This document shows positions 1-12,809 of a DNA stretch of 64,000 bases, piece after piece. Each line of letters opens with the position of its first letter. The first letter of the stretch is position 1. The notes beneath the pieces were generated by a model. The model worked only from the letters and a program-made list of their open reading frames with translations. It did no database searches and was not told the DNA's origin. Source of the stretch: Torpedo marmorata (Eukaryota). The stretch is from assembly GCA_977017645.1 (NCBI GenBank), contig OZ360227.1, forward strand, positions 99,758,001-99,822,000, in the 5' to 3' direction. The position numbers and the translations under genes were made by a program.

Positions 1-918
1 TATTTTTTTATATGAAGGCAATGGTAACAAAGACTTAAAAAAAAGCTACAGTTTTCAAATTCAAGTTCTCGGAAACTCAGTGCAAGCATTTTAAATAAGG
101 TTTGTTTGCACTGAGATTCCTGAATCTTGATCATCAATTTTAAATGTTTTAATATTGGAAGAAGCTGCACTCTTCCAAGAATAAAAATTATTAAATATTG
201 ATCAATAACTATGTTATAACTGAAATGTTATGAATTTAACAGCAGATATTACATTTAAAACGTAAAATATTGTTTTAATTTTATTGTAGCATCTTACTAA
301 CTTATATATAATTCACTTTTAAAACAGTATTTGGCATTTAAAACCAAAATGTAATTTTGCAATGATTTGAAAACATCAGCAAGTTAAGATATTAATAAAG
401 AAAATACACAATTTTTAATATAATTTTTCAAATCTGGCAATCACCATTAGCTTGGAAAGACGATAACAGATTCAATGCAGGGGATCAAATGTGATAAATC
501 TAATTGGTGTTTTGCTGTCAATGTTATTTGATTATATGACTATCATTTAACAAATAATGCTATTTACATTAATTTATTTCAATTTGCATGAGTTTAGTTG
601 CAGGTTCCTGTAATATCACAGAGATTATTATGGCCATTGTTGAACTATGATGTCTGAAGATATACTTAGAGTGATATTGATAGTGTAAATTCCAATTGGT
701 TAGTGTGTAGAATTGTTAGTTAGTGTGTTTGGATTAGAGGGGGTATTTAAAATTGTAGGTAACTAAAATAGGATTTCCTTGCACAAGATACATTTTCAAG
801 ACCAAGAAAATGTTCAAACCATCAAAATTCCCATTTATATTTTAAAGATGCTGATTGAATGGTCAGGCAGCTGTTGAATAATGAAAAAATATAGCTGATT
901 CAATAATTTAAAAAAATA

Positions 919-1052
919 NNNNNNNNNNNNNNNNNNNNNNNNNNNNNNNNNNNNNNNNNNNNNNNNNNNNNNNNNNNNNNNNNNNNNNNNNNNNNNNNNN
1001 NNNNNNNNNNNNNNNNNNNNNNNNNNNNNNNNNNNNNNNNNNNNNNNNNNNN
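919..1052. other. Assembly gap (N run)
   Basis: Run of N. Confidence 0.99.
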
Positions 1053-1135
1053 TCACTATAAAATAGTGCTCAACACGTAATGTGGAGCTAAACAAGCTTG
1101 TCGGGCACATGTGAGTAGTGTGCTTTTCTGTTTAC

Positions 1136-1139
<4 letters not shown>

Positions 1140-1202
<63 letters not shown>
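1140..1202. repeat. (TA)n(TG)n compound microsatellite
   Basis: Perfect TA run followed by a TG run. Confidence 0.97.
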
Positions 1203-1307
1203 AATAAAATATTTGTGATCAGTTTTAATAAATGGTGTGTTATCTGTTCAATAGGAGATAGAATAAAGATGTACATTTAACATTGTGGATGTTAATATAT
1301 ATTTCAG

Positions 1308-1400
1308 GCATTTGTTATTTTCTGTGGCCTTGGTATCAACAATACCATTATGTATGATCAAGTGAAAAAATCCTGGGCTAAGCAATCTGTAGCTCTCGAT
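1308..1400 (+). CDS. PDE11A: Internal coding exon of dual 3',5'-cyclic nucleotide phosphodiesterase 11A (end of GAF-B / linker)
   Basis: 93 bp, phase 0/0, flanked by tttcAG and GTaagt. Translates [31 protein letters not shown], matching vertebrate PDE11A as recalled. Confidence 0.95.
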
Positions 1401-2299
1401 GTAAGTATCAGCTCATCTTTGTACATTGAATTAAAACAGATGTATTGCTTTCATTATCAGGTTAAAGTATAATTAAGTCACATCTGGTCGCCTTTGAAAT
1501 TTAAAAAGATAATAGAGTTGTGAAGGGGCCTGTACAGTCTGTAACATGCTGGACCAGGAAAAATCCTGCAATATATACAAATTCCAGGGCCCTAGCTTGG
1601 TGTTTCCCGATGATGACAGGGAAAATAATGTGCTTGCTGTACCAAGTAAAGCACCTGGCACCTGCTTAATGCAAAAAGTGAATGATGTTAATAATATCCC
1701 TTGTGGCAGGTTGGCAGATGCCAGAGGCAAAAGACCACAGGGCCTCACTGACCTTGATTGCAAAGGCATTTTGTGCTACAGCAGGTTTCATTGCTGGAAG
1801 CAACACAGGTCTCTAAGAATATCTCAAGAGAAATAAAGTTTCCTATGCACTGTTCCTCGGAAAACTGTAGATATGGCCCTCTGGGCCTTGGCAATCTTTT
1901 GGGATTTTTCCCAGTAAGGCTTCTGCTAATTCCGCTTTCTCCGTTTGATCTGTAATTTCTCCTTCCCCCTTTGTTGTTCTTTCCCTCTATCCTGCCAGCA
2001 GAGTTACCCAAAAATTGTGATGGCTGGGCTCTTTAAGAGCAACCATTCCGAAATTGTCAATTACAAAAACATCATAGTTTGCTGACAGCAGAATTTTCAG
2101 AATCGTTATTTATGCAATTCATAATTCTTGGAGAAAAATCACAGAAATGAAAATGGTATTGAGAATCCCCAGAATATCATTATGCCCAGTAACCATGTCA
2201 GTAAACTCGAACCAATCCTGCACAATCTGGAACATGGTCCATCTGAAAATTAGCTCAGGTGCCAGGAAAGAATGCACTTCTATTCTATATTTGTTCGTG

Positions 2300-2605
2300 A
2301 CATAGAAGGAATCCATTTGGCCCATCAAATCCATGCACAATCTTATGATAATCCTTATCATCTATTAGCTTTCACATTAATTCTACCACCCATCCATACC
2401 ATCTATAATTCAGACAATTTACAGCAACCAATTACCCTCTCAACCAGTATGTCTTTGGATGTGGGAGAAAGCTGAAGCACCCAGAGAAAATGCATGCAGT
2501 CGCAGGGAGAATGTACAAGATCCACTGTAATGACACTGTAAATCAGGATTATACACAGGTCACTGGATCTGTGAAATTGTGGGTCCACTAGCTGTGCTTT
2601 CCATG
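2300..2605 (-). mobile_element. Old, degenerate HE1-like V-SINE
   Basis: gtgggagaaagctgaagcacccagagaaaatgcatgcagtcgcagggagaatgtacaa is a diverged version of the V-domain seen in the adjacent younger copy. Confidence 0.65.
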
Positions 2606-2694
2606 TCCTAAATTGGTCCTATAATTTCCCTGCTTTACAGAGTATTGGAGACTCAAAGGTCATTTCAACTGTACCCAGTTTTAATTTTTTTTAA

Positions 2695-2909
2695 AATTTA
2701 GACATACAGCACCCATGCAGCCCAATTACACCCAAGTAACCTACAACCCCAGTACGTTTTGAATGGTGGGAGGAAACCGGAACACCCAGAAGAAACCCAC
2801 GCAGACACGGGGAGAACGTACAAACTCCTTACAGACAGCGCCGGATTCGAACCCGGGTCGCTGGCGCTGTAATAGCGTTGCGCTTGCCGTGCTCTACGCT
2901 AACCATGCC
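2695..2909 (-). mobile_element. tRNA-derived V-SINE (HE1-like)
   Basis: Minus-strand B box GGTTCGAATCC (2843-2853); V-domain gtgggaggaaaccgga...gaaacccacgcagacacggggagaacgtacaaactcc; CR1-like tail. Confidence 0.85.
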
Positions 2910-4490
2910 AGCTTTTTTAAGGCTTTACTTCCACAATGATATCAAGGTCATATTGAATTAGCTATATTGGATTATTTTCAACTATCTAGTGAATGGGGTA
3001 CTTATGAGGATTTTTACTGGAGAAGATCGTTAGAACATACAATAAGCAGCAATGTTAGAAGCACAATCCATAATGACCTTTCAAAATAAAGTGGATAATT
3101 ACCAGAAAAAATATGTAAAATACTGTGTAGTTAAGGCAGGTGAATGAATGCATAGATATCTCTTTTAGAGAGCCAACTCAAACATTATGGCTCAAATAGC
3201 AATGTTCTTACATTTTATGATATTCAGCTGCTCATCAAAGGATGTGTGAACTTTTGTTCTAGCCATTTGGTTAACTTGATTTTGACTTAAACCTTTGCTA
3301 AATAAACTATGACTCACTGATGATGCTTATTTTGAATGACAAGGTTAAAGAGAGAGGCAGAAGGGAATGTGATAAAGGTCATGAAAATGGCTTCAGAATA
3401 AAGAGAAACAAATTAAATGAAATCCAACCTGATGTGGTAAGTTTTAACTAGGAAGCTCAATGGTGTTTCAGGACACTGATTGATCAGTCACCAATTTACT
3501 GGTCAAAATATTTTCCCTAGCTCCAGATAGGGAAAGCCATTGCCCTAATGGGTTAAGTTGATCTGGCTGACCAAGCAATTTTCCTCAACTCAGATATTAA
3601 ATTGCACAGATTTATCAGGTGAAATTCCAGCTGTACCCGAATAAACATCTCAGGCTCTACGAACTTGTGTCTAAGTTTTCAGGAATTGGAACAAATGGGG
3701 ATGCTTCTGTGGCAGACATACGTTGGCTGCTACCTGGCAACTAAGTCCACTTATGTGGACTTCTCAAATGGAATGAGGCCACCAGGAACAAAGGAGTCCC
3801 ATGAATCACAAGTTCAGCAGCATGGGTTTAAAAAGAGGCTGTTATATGGTTTCTGCTATTGTAGAGTAGAGAATATTTCCCAAGAACAGATTACTCTTTT
3901 TAATCGTGTCTCTTGTATGTTCATATCTCATACCGTATGGGTAATTCCATTTTCTGGATAGAGAGTTGTAATTCTCCAATGGATTCCAAAATCTTCTGAT
4001 TTATTTTGATATTTCCTTAATGTTGGAAAATGATTTATTGAAAAAGTATCAGTCCAAATCAGAATGTAGGAATTTGCCAAGTTTTTTATGCAATATGTTT
4101 TCCTTAACAAAATACAAAAGCAGTTTTATCAAATAACATTTCTGCTGATGATGATCATTTGTAAATTTCAAAATACTGTATTTCAGTTTCTCATACATTG
4201 TTGATGGTAATTGTGGTACTGAATGAAAACAGAATCTAAAAATCCCATTAAATTGTCATTATAGCCCTTCAATGTTGAAAGTCGAAGAAAAACTGATTTT
4301 AAATATAAGAACCTCGTTAGCGTATTGCAACGCTAATGTTAAATATGTCAGTAATGTTAAATATTTCTTCTTCAATTCCAACAGCCTAGAGAAACATTTT
4401 TATAAAAATGTGTACTTCTGAGCACATTTTTGTAGAGGATTTTACAAGAGAGTTTAATTCATCATTTAAATTTGTTTAATTCTATTACAG

Positions 4491-4541
4491 GTCCTTTCAT
4501 ATCATGCAACGTGTCTAAAGACTGAGGTGGATAAATTTAAG
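4491..4541 (+). CDS. PDE11A: Next coding exon of PDE11A
   Basis: 51 bp, phase 0/0, ttacAG...GTagga. Translates VLSYHATCLKTEVDKFK, directly continuing ...SVALD of the previous exon as in PDE11A. Confidence 0.95.
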
Positions 4542-5139
4542 GTAGGATGACAGAAGGATAAAACTGAAAATCTACGCTACACCATCTTGCTTGTTCAGCT
4601 TTTTTTTTTGTTATGATATATCATAATGAACCAATCTTGGGAATAATTTATTAAGTGCTTGGCTCCAAGCTAAACTGAAGGAGGATTACAAATGCAGAGA
4701 ATGCAACACAAGATTTGTTTGAACATGATAAAAAGTGTAGGAGCAACTCTTAACATTGATGACATTTCAAACAGTCTGATTATTTGTGACCATTCCCAAA
4801 AGGTTTGGAATCCTATTCTATGACTTCTACATGATCTGAGACAGATTAAAAAAAACTAAATGTACCATTTAAAATTTAGGACAAAATTAGGACATTGGTT
4901 TTAAGTGTATTGTGACAATTTTATGTATGTCAACCCATATGTGATTACATTCAAAGAGAATTAAAATCAGGCAAGTCAAAGGCTGGTGATTTGCGCACAG
5001 AGCAGTCCAATTCAGAACAGGTCAACTATCTTTTTTCATAGAAAAAATTACAACAAGCAATCATAAGATTGTGTTCTTTTTCTAACCACCATAACCAATC
5101 AAAAATGAAGACAGGAGGCAGGAAGTAAACAAAAAGTCA

Positions 5140-5762
5140 CAAGCAAAGGGAAACATTGGAACTGCAGATGCTGGAATCTTGAGCAAGCAAGAAGTTGGAG
5201 GGATTCAACAGGTCAGGCAGCATCCACAGAGAGAAATGGACAGTCAATGTATCTGCTTGGAACCCTTTTTTGAGAGTAAGGTGGGAAGGGAATGTGTCAA
5301 GCATAACTGGGAAAGGGAGGGCTGGGGAGGGGCCAAGAGATAATGGAATACTAGACAAATGAAGATAGAAGTGGAAGGACAGGTAGGGAAGGAGAGGTCT
5401 CAGAGGTTGGGGTAATGGTTGAGAGAAAATCGAGTACGGGAGCAGAAAAAGAACAATTGGAAACATAGGAACTGGGTCTGGTTCCACTTTTTCCTTCTGT
5501 TCTTTACCTACTCCTGTATTCACTTATCTTTCAACACAACCCCCAACCCTCCCCCTCCACCATACTCGCCTATCCCACTTTCATTTGTCCAGTATCATTT
5601 TTACCTCTTGGCCTCTCGTTGTCTTCCCCTTCCTATTTGCTGGGTGTCTCTGTTTTCCACCTTCAACTTGAAAAAGGGTCCTGACGCAAAACTTTGACTG
5701 TCCATTTCTCTTCACAGATGCTGTCTGACCTGTTGAGTCCCGCCAGCTTCTCTTTGTTTGCT
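5140..5762. mobile_element. Inverted pair of Penelope-like pseudo-LTR remnants
   Basis: caacaggtcaggcagcatc...gagaaatggacagtcaa (~5206-5247) is the reverse complement of ttgactgtccatttctc...gatgctgtctgacctgttg (~5694-5735). Resembles the pLTR at 11240-11660. Confidence 0.65.
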
Positions 5763-5763
5763 T

Positions 5764-5855
5764 AAGCCCTGGATGAACAATGGCCCACAGGAAAAAGAAT
5801 CTCAGGGTTGTATGTGATGTCATGTATGTACTCTGACAAAAAATTTGAACTTTGA
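5764..5855 (+). mobile_element. Short 3' tail fragment of Rex1 family B
   Basis: caggaaaaagaatctcagggttgtatgtgatgtcatgtatgtactctgacaa is identical to the tail split by the BEL element (25151-25181 + 36165-36190). Confidence 0.8.
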
Positions 5856-8800
5856 TTTGTGAAGAAACACAAAATCAAACGTACCCGACAGCGTTGATGT
5901 CCAAAGATCGCTGGCAGACCTAGGAATCGGCAAAAACGGCAGTCTCCGTCGGACCGCGGAACCTTTGAACAACTCACGCAAGTACAGCAGCAACACCGCG
6001 GGAGTTTTAAACGGCCAGAGAATGGGCCATTTAAACTTCGCGGGAGTCGCAAACAGCAGGCGCTCGGCACATTTACAAATCGCGCTGGATTTAAAAGGAC
6101 AGCGCACGGACCGTTTAAACACTGCGGGAACTACTGGCAGTGGACCCACGGGCCAGGTAAAGAAATCCCGACCACGTGGACGCAGAGGGGGGCTACAGGT
6201 CAAGCTGAGACGCGGGGACCTGAAGCTTCCTCTCCCTACCATCCTCCTGGCCAACGTACAATCCTTGGAGAACAAACTTGATGAACTCCAAGCCAGACTT
6301 CAACATCAGAGAGTCATCAGGGAGTGCTGCGTGATGTGCTTTACAGAAACGTGGCTAAACGAGGACATTCCGGACACGGCGCTGCAGCCCAAGGGTTACA
6401 CCCTCCATCGCGCTGACCGAACACCGGCGTCTGGAAAAACCAGGGGAGGCGGCGTGTGTGTCATCATCAATTCATCATGGTGCACAGACGTGACGGTCAT
6501 GTCCCAGTCCTGCTCCCCTGACCTGGAACATCTGGCAATCAAGTGTCGCCCATTCTATCTGCTGAGGGAGTTCACCGCCATCATCCTGGTCGCAGTGTAC
6601 ATTCCGCCCCAGACTAACGTCAGGCTGGCACTGGAGGGACTGAGCACTGTGATAAACAGCCATGACAGCACATCCTGATGCCTTCCCGATCATTGTGGGA
6701 GACTTCAATCAGGTCAATCTAAAGAAGTCACTGACAGGGGAACCAACACACTCGACCACTGCTACACCACCGTGAAGAACGCATACCGAGCCATACCACG
6801 ACCGCACTTCGGCAAGTCTGATCACCTGGCTGTACTTCTACTCCCGGCGTACAAGCAGAGACTGAAGACCACAGCAACAGTGGTGAAGACGGCAAAAGTA
6901 TGGTCGAGGGAGGCGGAGGAGCGTCTGCAGGACTGCTTTGAATCGGTGGACTGGAACATATTCAAGCACTCAGCCATAGACCTAAATGAATATGCAACAG
7001 GTGTCACCGACTTCATCAAGACCTGCGTGGATGAGTATGTGCCCACGTGCAAATACCGGGTGTTCCCCAACCAGAAGCCCTGGATGAATCAGAGAATTCG
7101 CAACCTGCTGAGGATGAGAACAAGGGCGTTTAAGGCTGGGGACCGGGATCTTTACAAAAAGTCCAGGCACGACCTGCGGAAGGCCATCTCTGAAGCAAAG
7201 TGGCAATTCCGGAGGAAGCTAGAGACAGAGACAGATACACGCCAGCTATAGCAGGGAGTGCAGGCCATTACAGCCAACAAAGCGAGGGCGAACACTATAG
7301 ACGGCTGTGATGCTTCACTACCCGATGAGCTGAACACCTTCTATGCCCGCTTTGAGAAGAAGAACAAAAGAGTGCCTACTAGAATCCCTGAAAAGGCTGC
7401 GGACCCTGTGATATCTGTCTCTGAGGGCGACGTCAGAACATCATTCAGGAGGGTGAACCCTCGCAAGGCGTCAGGCCCTGATGGCGTACCTGGCAGGGTA
7501 TTGAAAATCTGCGCCAACCAACTAGCCGGAGTGTTCACGGACATTTTCAACTCTCATTGCGGCAGTCATAGGTTCCCACCTGCTTCAAAAGGGCATCAAT
7601 CATCCCGGTACCCAAGAAGAGTAGTGTGGGCTGCCTCAACGACTACCGCCCAGTAGCATTAACTTCTACTGTGATGAAATGCTTTGAGAGGCTGGTCATG
7701 GCCAGAATTAAAACATACCTAAGCAAAGATCTGGACCCACTGCAATTCGCCTATCACCACAATCGCTCCACAGCAGATGCAATATCGCTGGCTCTCCACT
7801 CAGCTCTGGATCACCTCGAAAACAGCAATTCATACATACGGTTGCTCTTCATCGACTACAGCTCGGCCTTCAATACCATTATTCCCTCAGTGCTGGTCAA
7901 GAAGCTACAAACTCTAGGCCTCTGTACCCCCCTCTGCAACTGAATCCTTGACTTTCTCATCGGAAGACCACAGTCAGTACGAATTGGAAACAACGTCTCC
8001 TCCTCACTGATTATCAACACAGGCGCACCCCAAGGATGCGTGCTTAGTCCACTGCTCTACTCGTTATACACCCATGACTGTGTGGCCAGGCACAATTCCA
8101 ATGCCATCTACAAGTTTGCCGATGACACCACAGTTGTCGGCAGAATCACAAACGGCAATGAGGAAGCGTACAGGAGGGAGATAGATCAGCTCGTTGAATG
8201 GTGTAATGGCAACAACCTTGAGCTCAACGTCAGCAAAACCAAGGAGATGATTGTGGACTTCAGGAGGAAGTCAGGGAAACACGACCCAGTCCTCATCGAG
8301 GGCTCAGTCATGGAGAGGGTCAAGAACTTCAAATTCCTGGGTGTCAACATCTCCGAGGATCTGTCCTGGAGCATCCACGTTGATGCAATCACAAAGAAGG
8401 CTCGTCAGCGGCTATACTTTGTGAGGTGTCTGTGGAGATTCGGTATGTTACCAAAGACTCTCGTAAACCTCTACAGGTGTACCGTGGAGAGCATTCTGGC
8501 TGGTTGCATCACTGCCTGGTATGGAGGCGCCAACTCCCAGGACAAGAGTAAACTCCAGAAGGTTGTTAACTCGGCCTGTGACATCACAGGCACCAAACTT
8601 CACTCCATCGAGGACATCTACATGAGGCGGTGTCTTAAAAACGCAGCCTCTATCCTCAAAGACCCCCACCACCCAGGCCATGCCCTCTTCACTCTGCTTC
8701 CATCGGAAAAAAAGGTACAGGAGCCTAAAGACGAGCACTCAACGGCACAACGACAGCTTCTTCCCCGCTGCCATCAGATTCCTGAATAATCAATGAACCA

Positions 8801-8948
8801 AAGACACTGCTTTACTTTTTGTGCACTATTGTTTATAATTTTTTATAGTAATGTCGTAAGATGGTAATAAGATGAATGTTAATTGCACTATGATGCTGCC
8901 GCAAAACACCGAATTTCATGACTTGTTCATGACAATAAATTCTGATAC
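5856..8948 (+). mobile_element. Near full-length Rex1/Babar LINE (family A), inactivated
   Basis: APE (LANVQSLENKLDEL, CFTETWL, SDHLAV), RT ([22 protein letters not shown]), C-terminal DPHHPGH; gacaataaa(ttctga) tail; 10-bp TSD tgaactttga (5846-5855 / 8949-8958); several stops and frameshifts. Confidence 0.92.
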
Positions 8949-10643
8949 TGAACTTTGACTTTAAGTTGATCCATGAATAGATTGACAATTCCTGTTCCCA
9001 AATGACATTTTCCCTGAATATCAATTTTGGAGAACTTCATCTCATCTGAACCTTAAAGATATTATAGATAGCACAGTTACAAATATCTTATTGCAATCTC
9101 ACTTCTTCTGTGCGTGATTCATATGGTGTTGCTCCTTAATTATAACCAGCTGATTCTCTCTCACTGGATTTCCTTTATTTACATTTATCTATTGAAACAA
9201 TACAAATTTGTTCCATTTATTTATAAACCATGAGTAAACTACTTGTTAATTTCAAAAAGTCAACCTAAAAAGCCATGAGAAGCGTGAGCTAGATTAATAA
9301 TTTATCTGATTAATATTTTTCCTTGCATTTTGCAAATTTACTTAAATGCTTGATTGCAAAGGAGTAAAATGTTAAAAGCAAGCATATTGCATTACCAAGC
9401 TGCCTTTTCCTAACAGTACTTAGTTTTTAGTTTAAGAAGACATTCACAGGAATTCAAGTTCTTGCATATTGATTAGGGCTCATCATTTGAAAACTGGAAA
9501 ATGAGTTAGTAGTGAGTGCTTTCCTGTAACCTGTTATTTTATTAGCAATAATTCATGTGCAGTTAAATGTAGAAAATGAGAAGATGTCTTCTGAAACAGT
9601 CTCGACCTCTGTTAGATTCCTGAAAACATCTCACCATTCAAGTATATTAAACAGATCTTATGTACTAAACTTGTGGATGACGAATAATCTAAAAAGGGGT
9701 TATCCTTTCCAGTGCACGTTCTTTTGTATGGGATTAATTCTCAATTACTGCCAAACACCTATGGCACTGAATATTAACTAGTATATCAATCGTCTCTTTC
9801 TTCTAATTTTTAATAATCATGGGAGATTTTTTAAAAATTGAAAATATTATTTTATTTTTTCATTTTGAGTGTGTTATTCCTCTCAATCCAATCTTTCTTT
9901 CCCTCTCTATATTCTGATTCTTATACCAATCTGTCACTGAATTTGTTATTCTGGTATAATCTGATTCATAGTCTGTGCTGCTTATAAATAAATATGCAAT
10001 CTGCCTGATTAATGCTGTTGTTCCTTCTCTGCACATTGGCATCAGTTGTTCTGCAGGGAGCATAGTGATGTTCTGCTAGTTATCTGACTAGAACATAGCA
10101 TGCAAAAGTCTTCTGAAAATTAATCGGATGTGCAAATTTAACAAATGGCAGCATTATTCATTCATTATTCGGAGCAAAAATATGCCCTGAAATATTAGCT
10201 GAATGAATTGGCAAGTTAAGTTACACCACATTCAATTTATTTCCCATTGATTTTAATGGAAAATAAAATTACTTGCAGTGTAATGTGGGTTTCCACATGC
10301 CCCACGATAATACCCTTACTATTCCCACTCAACTTTTTATCAAAGTTCCAGGTACCTGGCATGAACCTCCTGCTTCTACAAAATCTTCTTCGGGTTGCTG
10401 GCTAGCTAGTAGTGAGTGGGTTAATGATGCAATTTGTTCTCTTCCTCTGTCCTCAACCTCAAAACAACCAAGAGCTAAAATGTTCAAATAATATAAGTTT
10501 GAAATGTTTTTTTTGATTTAGTTAAACTTCACATCCATCCCTTATGACCTGCACTCAAAGTAATAGCAATGAAATGACTGTGGGCTACTAAAATAAAGGT
10601 GAGTCTTGGTGAAAGAAGCCAATCGACTGTTTGGCCTCCAGCA

Positions 10644-11285
10644 ACAATTCCCCTTGTCCTCACCTACCATCCCACCAGCCTCCGCATCCAACATATCTTC
10701 CTCCGCCATTTCCACCACCTACTACGTGATCTCACATCTTCCTTTCTCCTCCCCTCTCCACCTTCTACAAGGACCACTCCCTCCACGATTCCCTCGTACC
10801 TTCCCACCAATCGCCTCCTGGGACCTACCCGTGACCGCAGGAGATGCTCCACTTGCGCCCACGCCTCCTCCCTCACCACCATTCGGGCTCCAAACAGTCC
10901 TTCCAAGTGAAGCAACACATCACTTGTGAATCTGCAGGGGTCATCTACTGCATCCGGTGCTCCCGCTGTGGTCTCCTCTACATCGGAGAGACTGGACGCA
11001 GTCCGGGAAATCACTTCATTGAGCACCTCAGTTCTGTCCACCGCAATAATGGGGATCTCCCAGTGGCAACCCATTTCAAACCATTTCAATTTCCCACCCC
11101 ATTCCCTTGCCGAAATGTCTGTCCATGGTCTGATGCACAGCCAGACTGAGACTACCCACAAATTGAGGAACAACACCTCATATTCCATCTGAGCACCTTC
11201 CAATTGGATGTCATTAACATCGACTTCACCGGTTTCCATTAGCGCCCCCCCCCCACCAACTTTCCATATGTCTCCTTTCTTCTAG

Positions 11286-11322
<37 letters not shown>

Positions 11323-11660
11323 CCTCTTTTTCCCTCTGTCTCCTTTCCCCCAGCTCCTCTTCCACAGAGCCAAAAACAACCCCCCTCCCCCAGTCAATTC
11401 TCACGTGCCCTCTCCTATGTCCCATCCATATCCAATTAACATCTTTTGTCTGTTGGTCTGTACTACTCCCCCTGCCCATTCTTCCCTTCTCCCCAGTCTT
11501 TTAATTCAGGTGCCTGCCTGCTTTTTACTCAAAGAAGGGCTTTGGCTTGAAACGTCGTTTATATATCTTGACCTCCTATGGACGTTGCGAAACCTGCTGA
11601 GTTCCTTCAGCATTTATGTGTTTACTACAATCACAGCATCTGCAGACTTTTGTTTTTCAG
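10644..11660 (+). mobile_element. Penelope-like element 3' part: GIY-YIG endonuclease remnant and pseudo-LTR
   Basis: CESAGVIYCIRCSRCGLLYIGETGR...EHL...PVATHF; (CT)n tract; pLTR with degenerate hammerhead core ending GAAACGTC. Confidence 0.88.
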
Positions 11661-11807
11661 CTTGTTCCATACTTCCACCACTCCCTGTGTGAAGTTCCCC
11701 CGAACGTTCCCCCTAAACTTCTCCCTTTCACCCTTAACCCATGTCCTCTGGTTTGCAACTCACCTAACCTCAGTGGAAAAAGCCTACTTGTGGTTACTCT
11801 ATCTATA

Positions 11808-12809
11808 CGCTGCCGGAGCCGCTGTAGCGGCTGCACTTCCGCTGGTGCAGACCCGCGGGGAGCGTGGGAGCGGAGATACAGCGCTCCCACGGGGTCCAGC
11901 CGCCCAGTCGACTGCCGTCGGCTCCGCACGGGATTTGAACGGCACGTTGAGGGAGCCGACGGTGGTTTTATTTGAGATCCCGCAACCGCGGGGTCTGCCC
12001 CCAAGATGGCAGCGCCTTTTAACCGGCAGCAGTGGGGAGGGGAGGGAGGGGAGGGTGAAAATATATCACATGTATTTTGATAATTTTATATTTTATAAAC
12101 ATGTATTATCGTGTGATTTAAAATTTTAAATAAAATATTTTTTTAAAAACCGGCAGCAGCCACGAGGGGCTGCAGACTCCGGAAGAAGCGGAGGACTGGA
12201 GCAGGGCACCAGAGGACGGAAATATCACCACCCCCCCCCCACCCCCGTCTGAGAAGGAGAGGTGGAGGAGACGACCCACGGGACAGTGACCACGGCGGTG
12301 GACCAGTGAGGAGCTCTGAGGTTGAAGGACCAGTGCATGCGGCGGGCTGCTGGCGACTCGAGGCGAGGAAACCGCTAAGGCTGTGGGCTGCTGGAGACTG
12401 CTGTCGGGGGATTCACGCCGGGCTGCAGACTGCTGGAGGCTGCCTCGAACTGGCTGGAGGAGTACCAGGTATCGGAACCGGGATGCGAGGGTTGCCGAGG
12501 GCGCCGAAGGGTTCCTGACCTTGTTGGAGGTTCGGATCTGGAGCTCGGGTTGCCGATGGTCTGGACTGGACTCTGTGTGGCTGCAGAGGCTGCGGAAGCA
12601 CTGGAGGCGAATCTACGGACACTCGGTGACTCTGGGGGGATTCTCTTTTGCTTCTCTTTCTCTGACTGTAAGGAATGTAAGAGGCGCTTAGGCAATTTCT
12701 GCCGGTGGCAAATCTGTTTGCCTTGCAGCAGGCAAAAAGAAATTTAATGGAATATGACACTGTCTTATTACTATGACAATAAATTGAATCTTGAAATTGA
12801 ATCTTGAAT
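11808..12809 (+). mobile_element. Non-autonomous GC-rich retroposon with Rex1-type tail, copy 1
   Basis: Highly similar to 43265-44079; ends gacaataaa(ttgaatc)n; no conserved protein. Confidence 0.85.
12033..12147 (+). mobile_element. 5'-truncated L1 family B 3' tail inserted in copy 1
   Basis: 12-bp TSD aaccggcagcag (12021-12032 / 12148-12159) after TTTT. Sequence matches the reverse complement of the L1 3' ends at 45050-45150 and 48118-48215. Confidence 0.85.

Noticed and set aside
1920-2090. Branch-point-like ctaat, polypyrimidine tract and cagcag acceptor between the two PDE11A exons
   Set aside because: Downstream frames stop quickly or show no PDE similarity, no clear donor, and the two real exons join seamlessly.
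2820-2909. tRNA gene
   Set aside because: B box present, but it is the head of a V-SINE with a disrupted 5' half.
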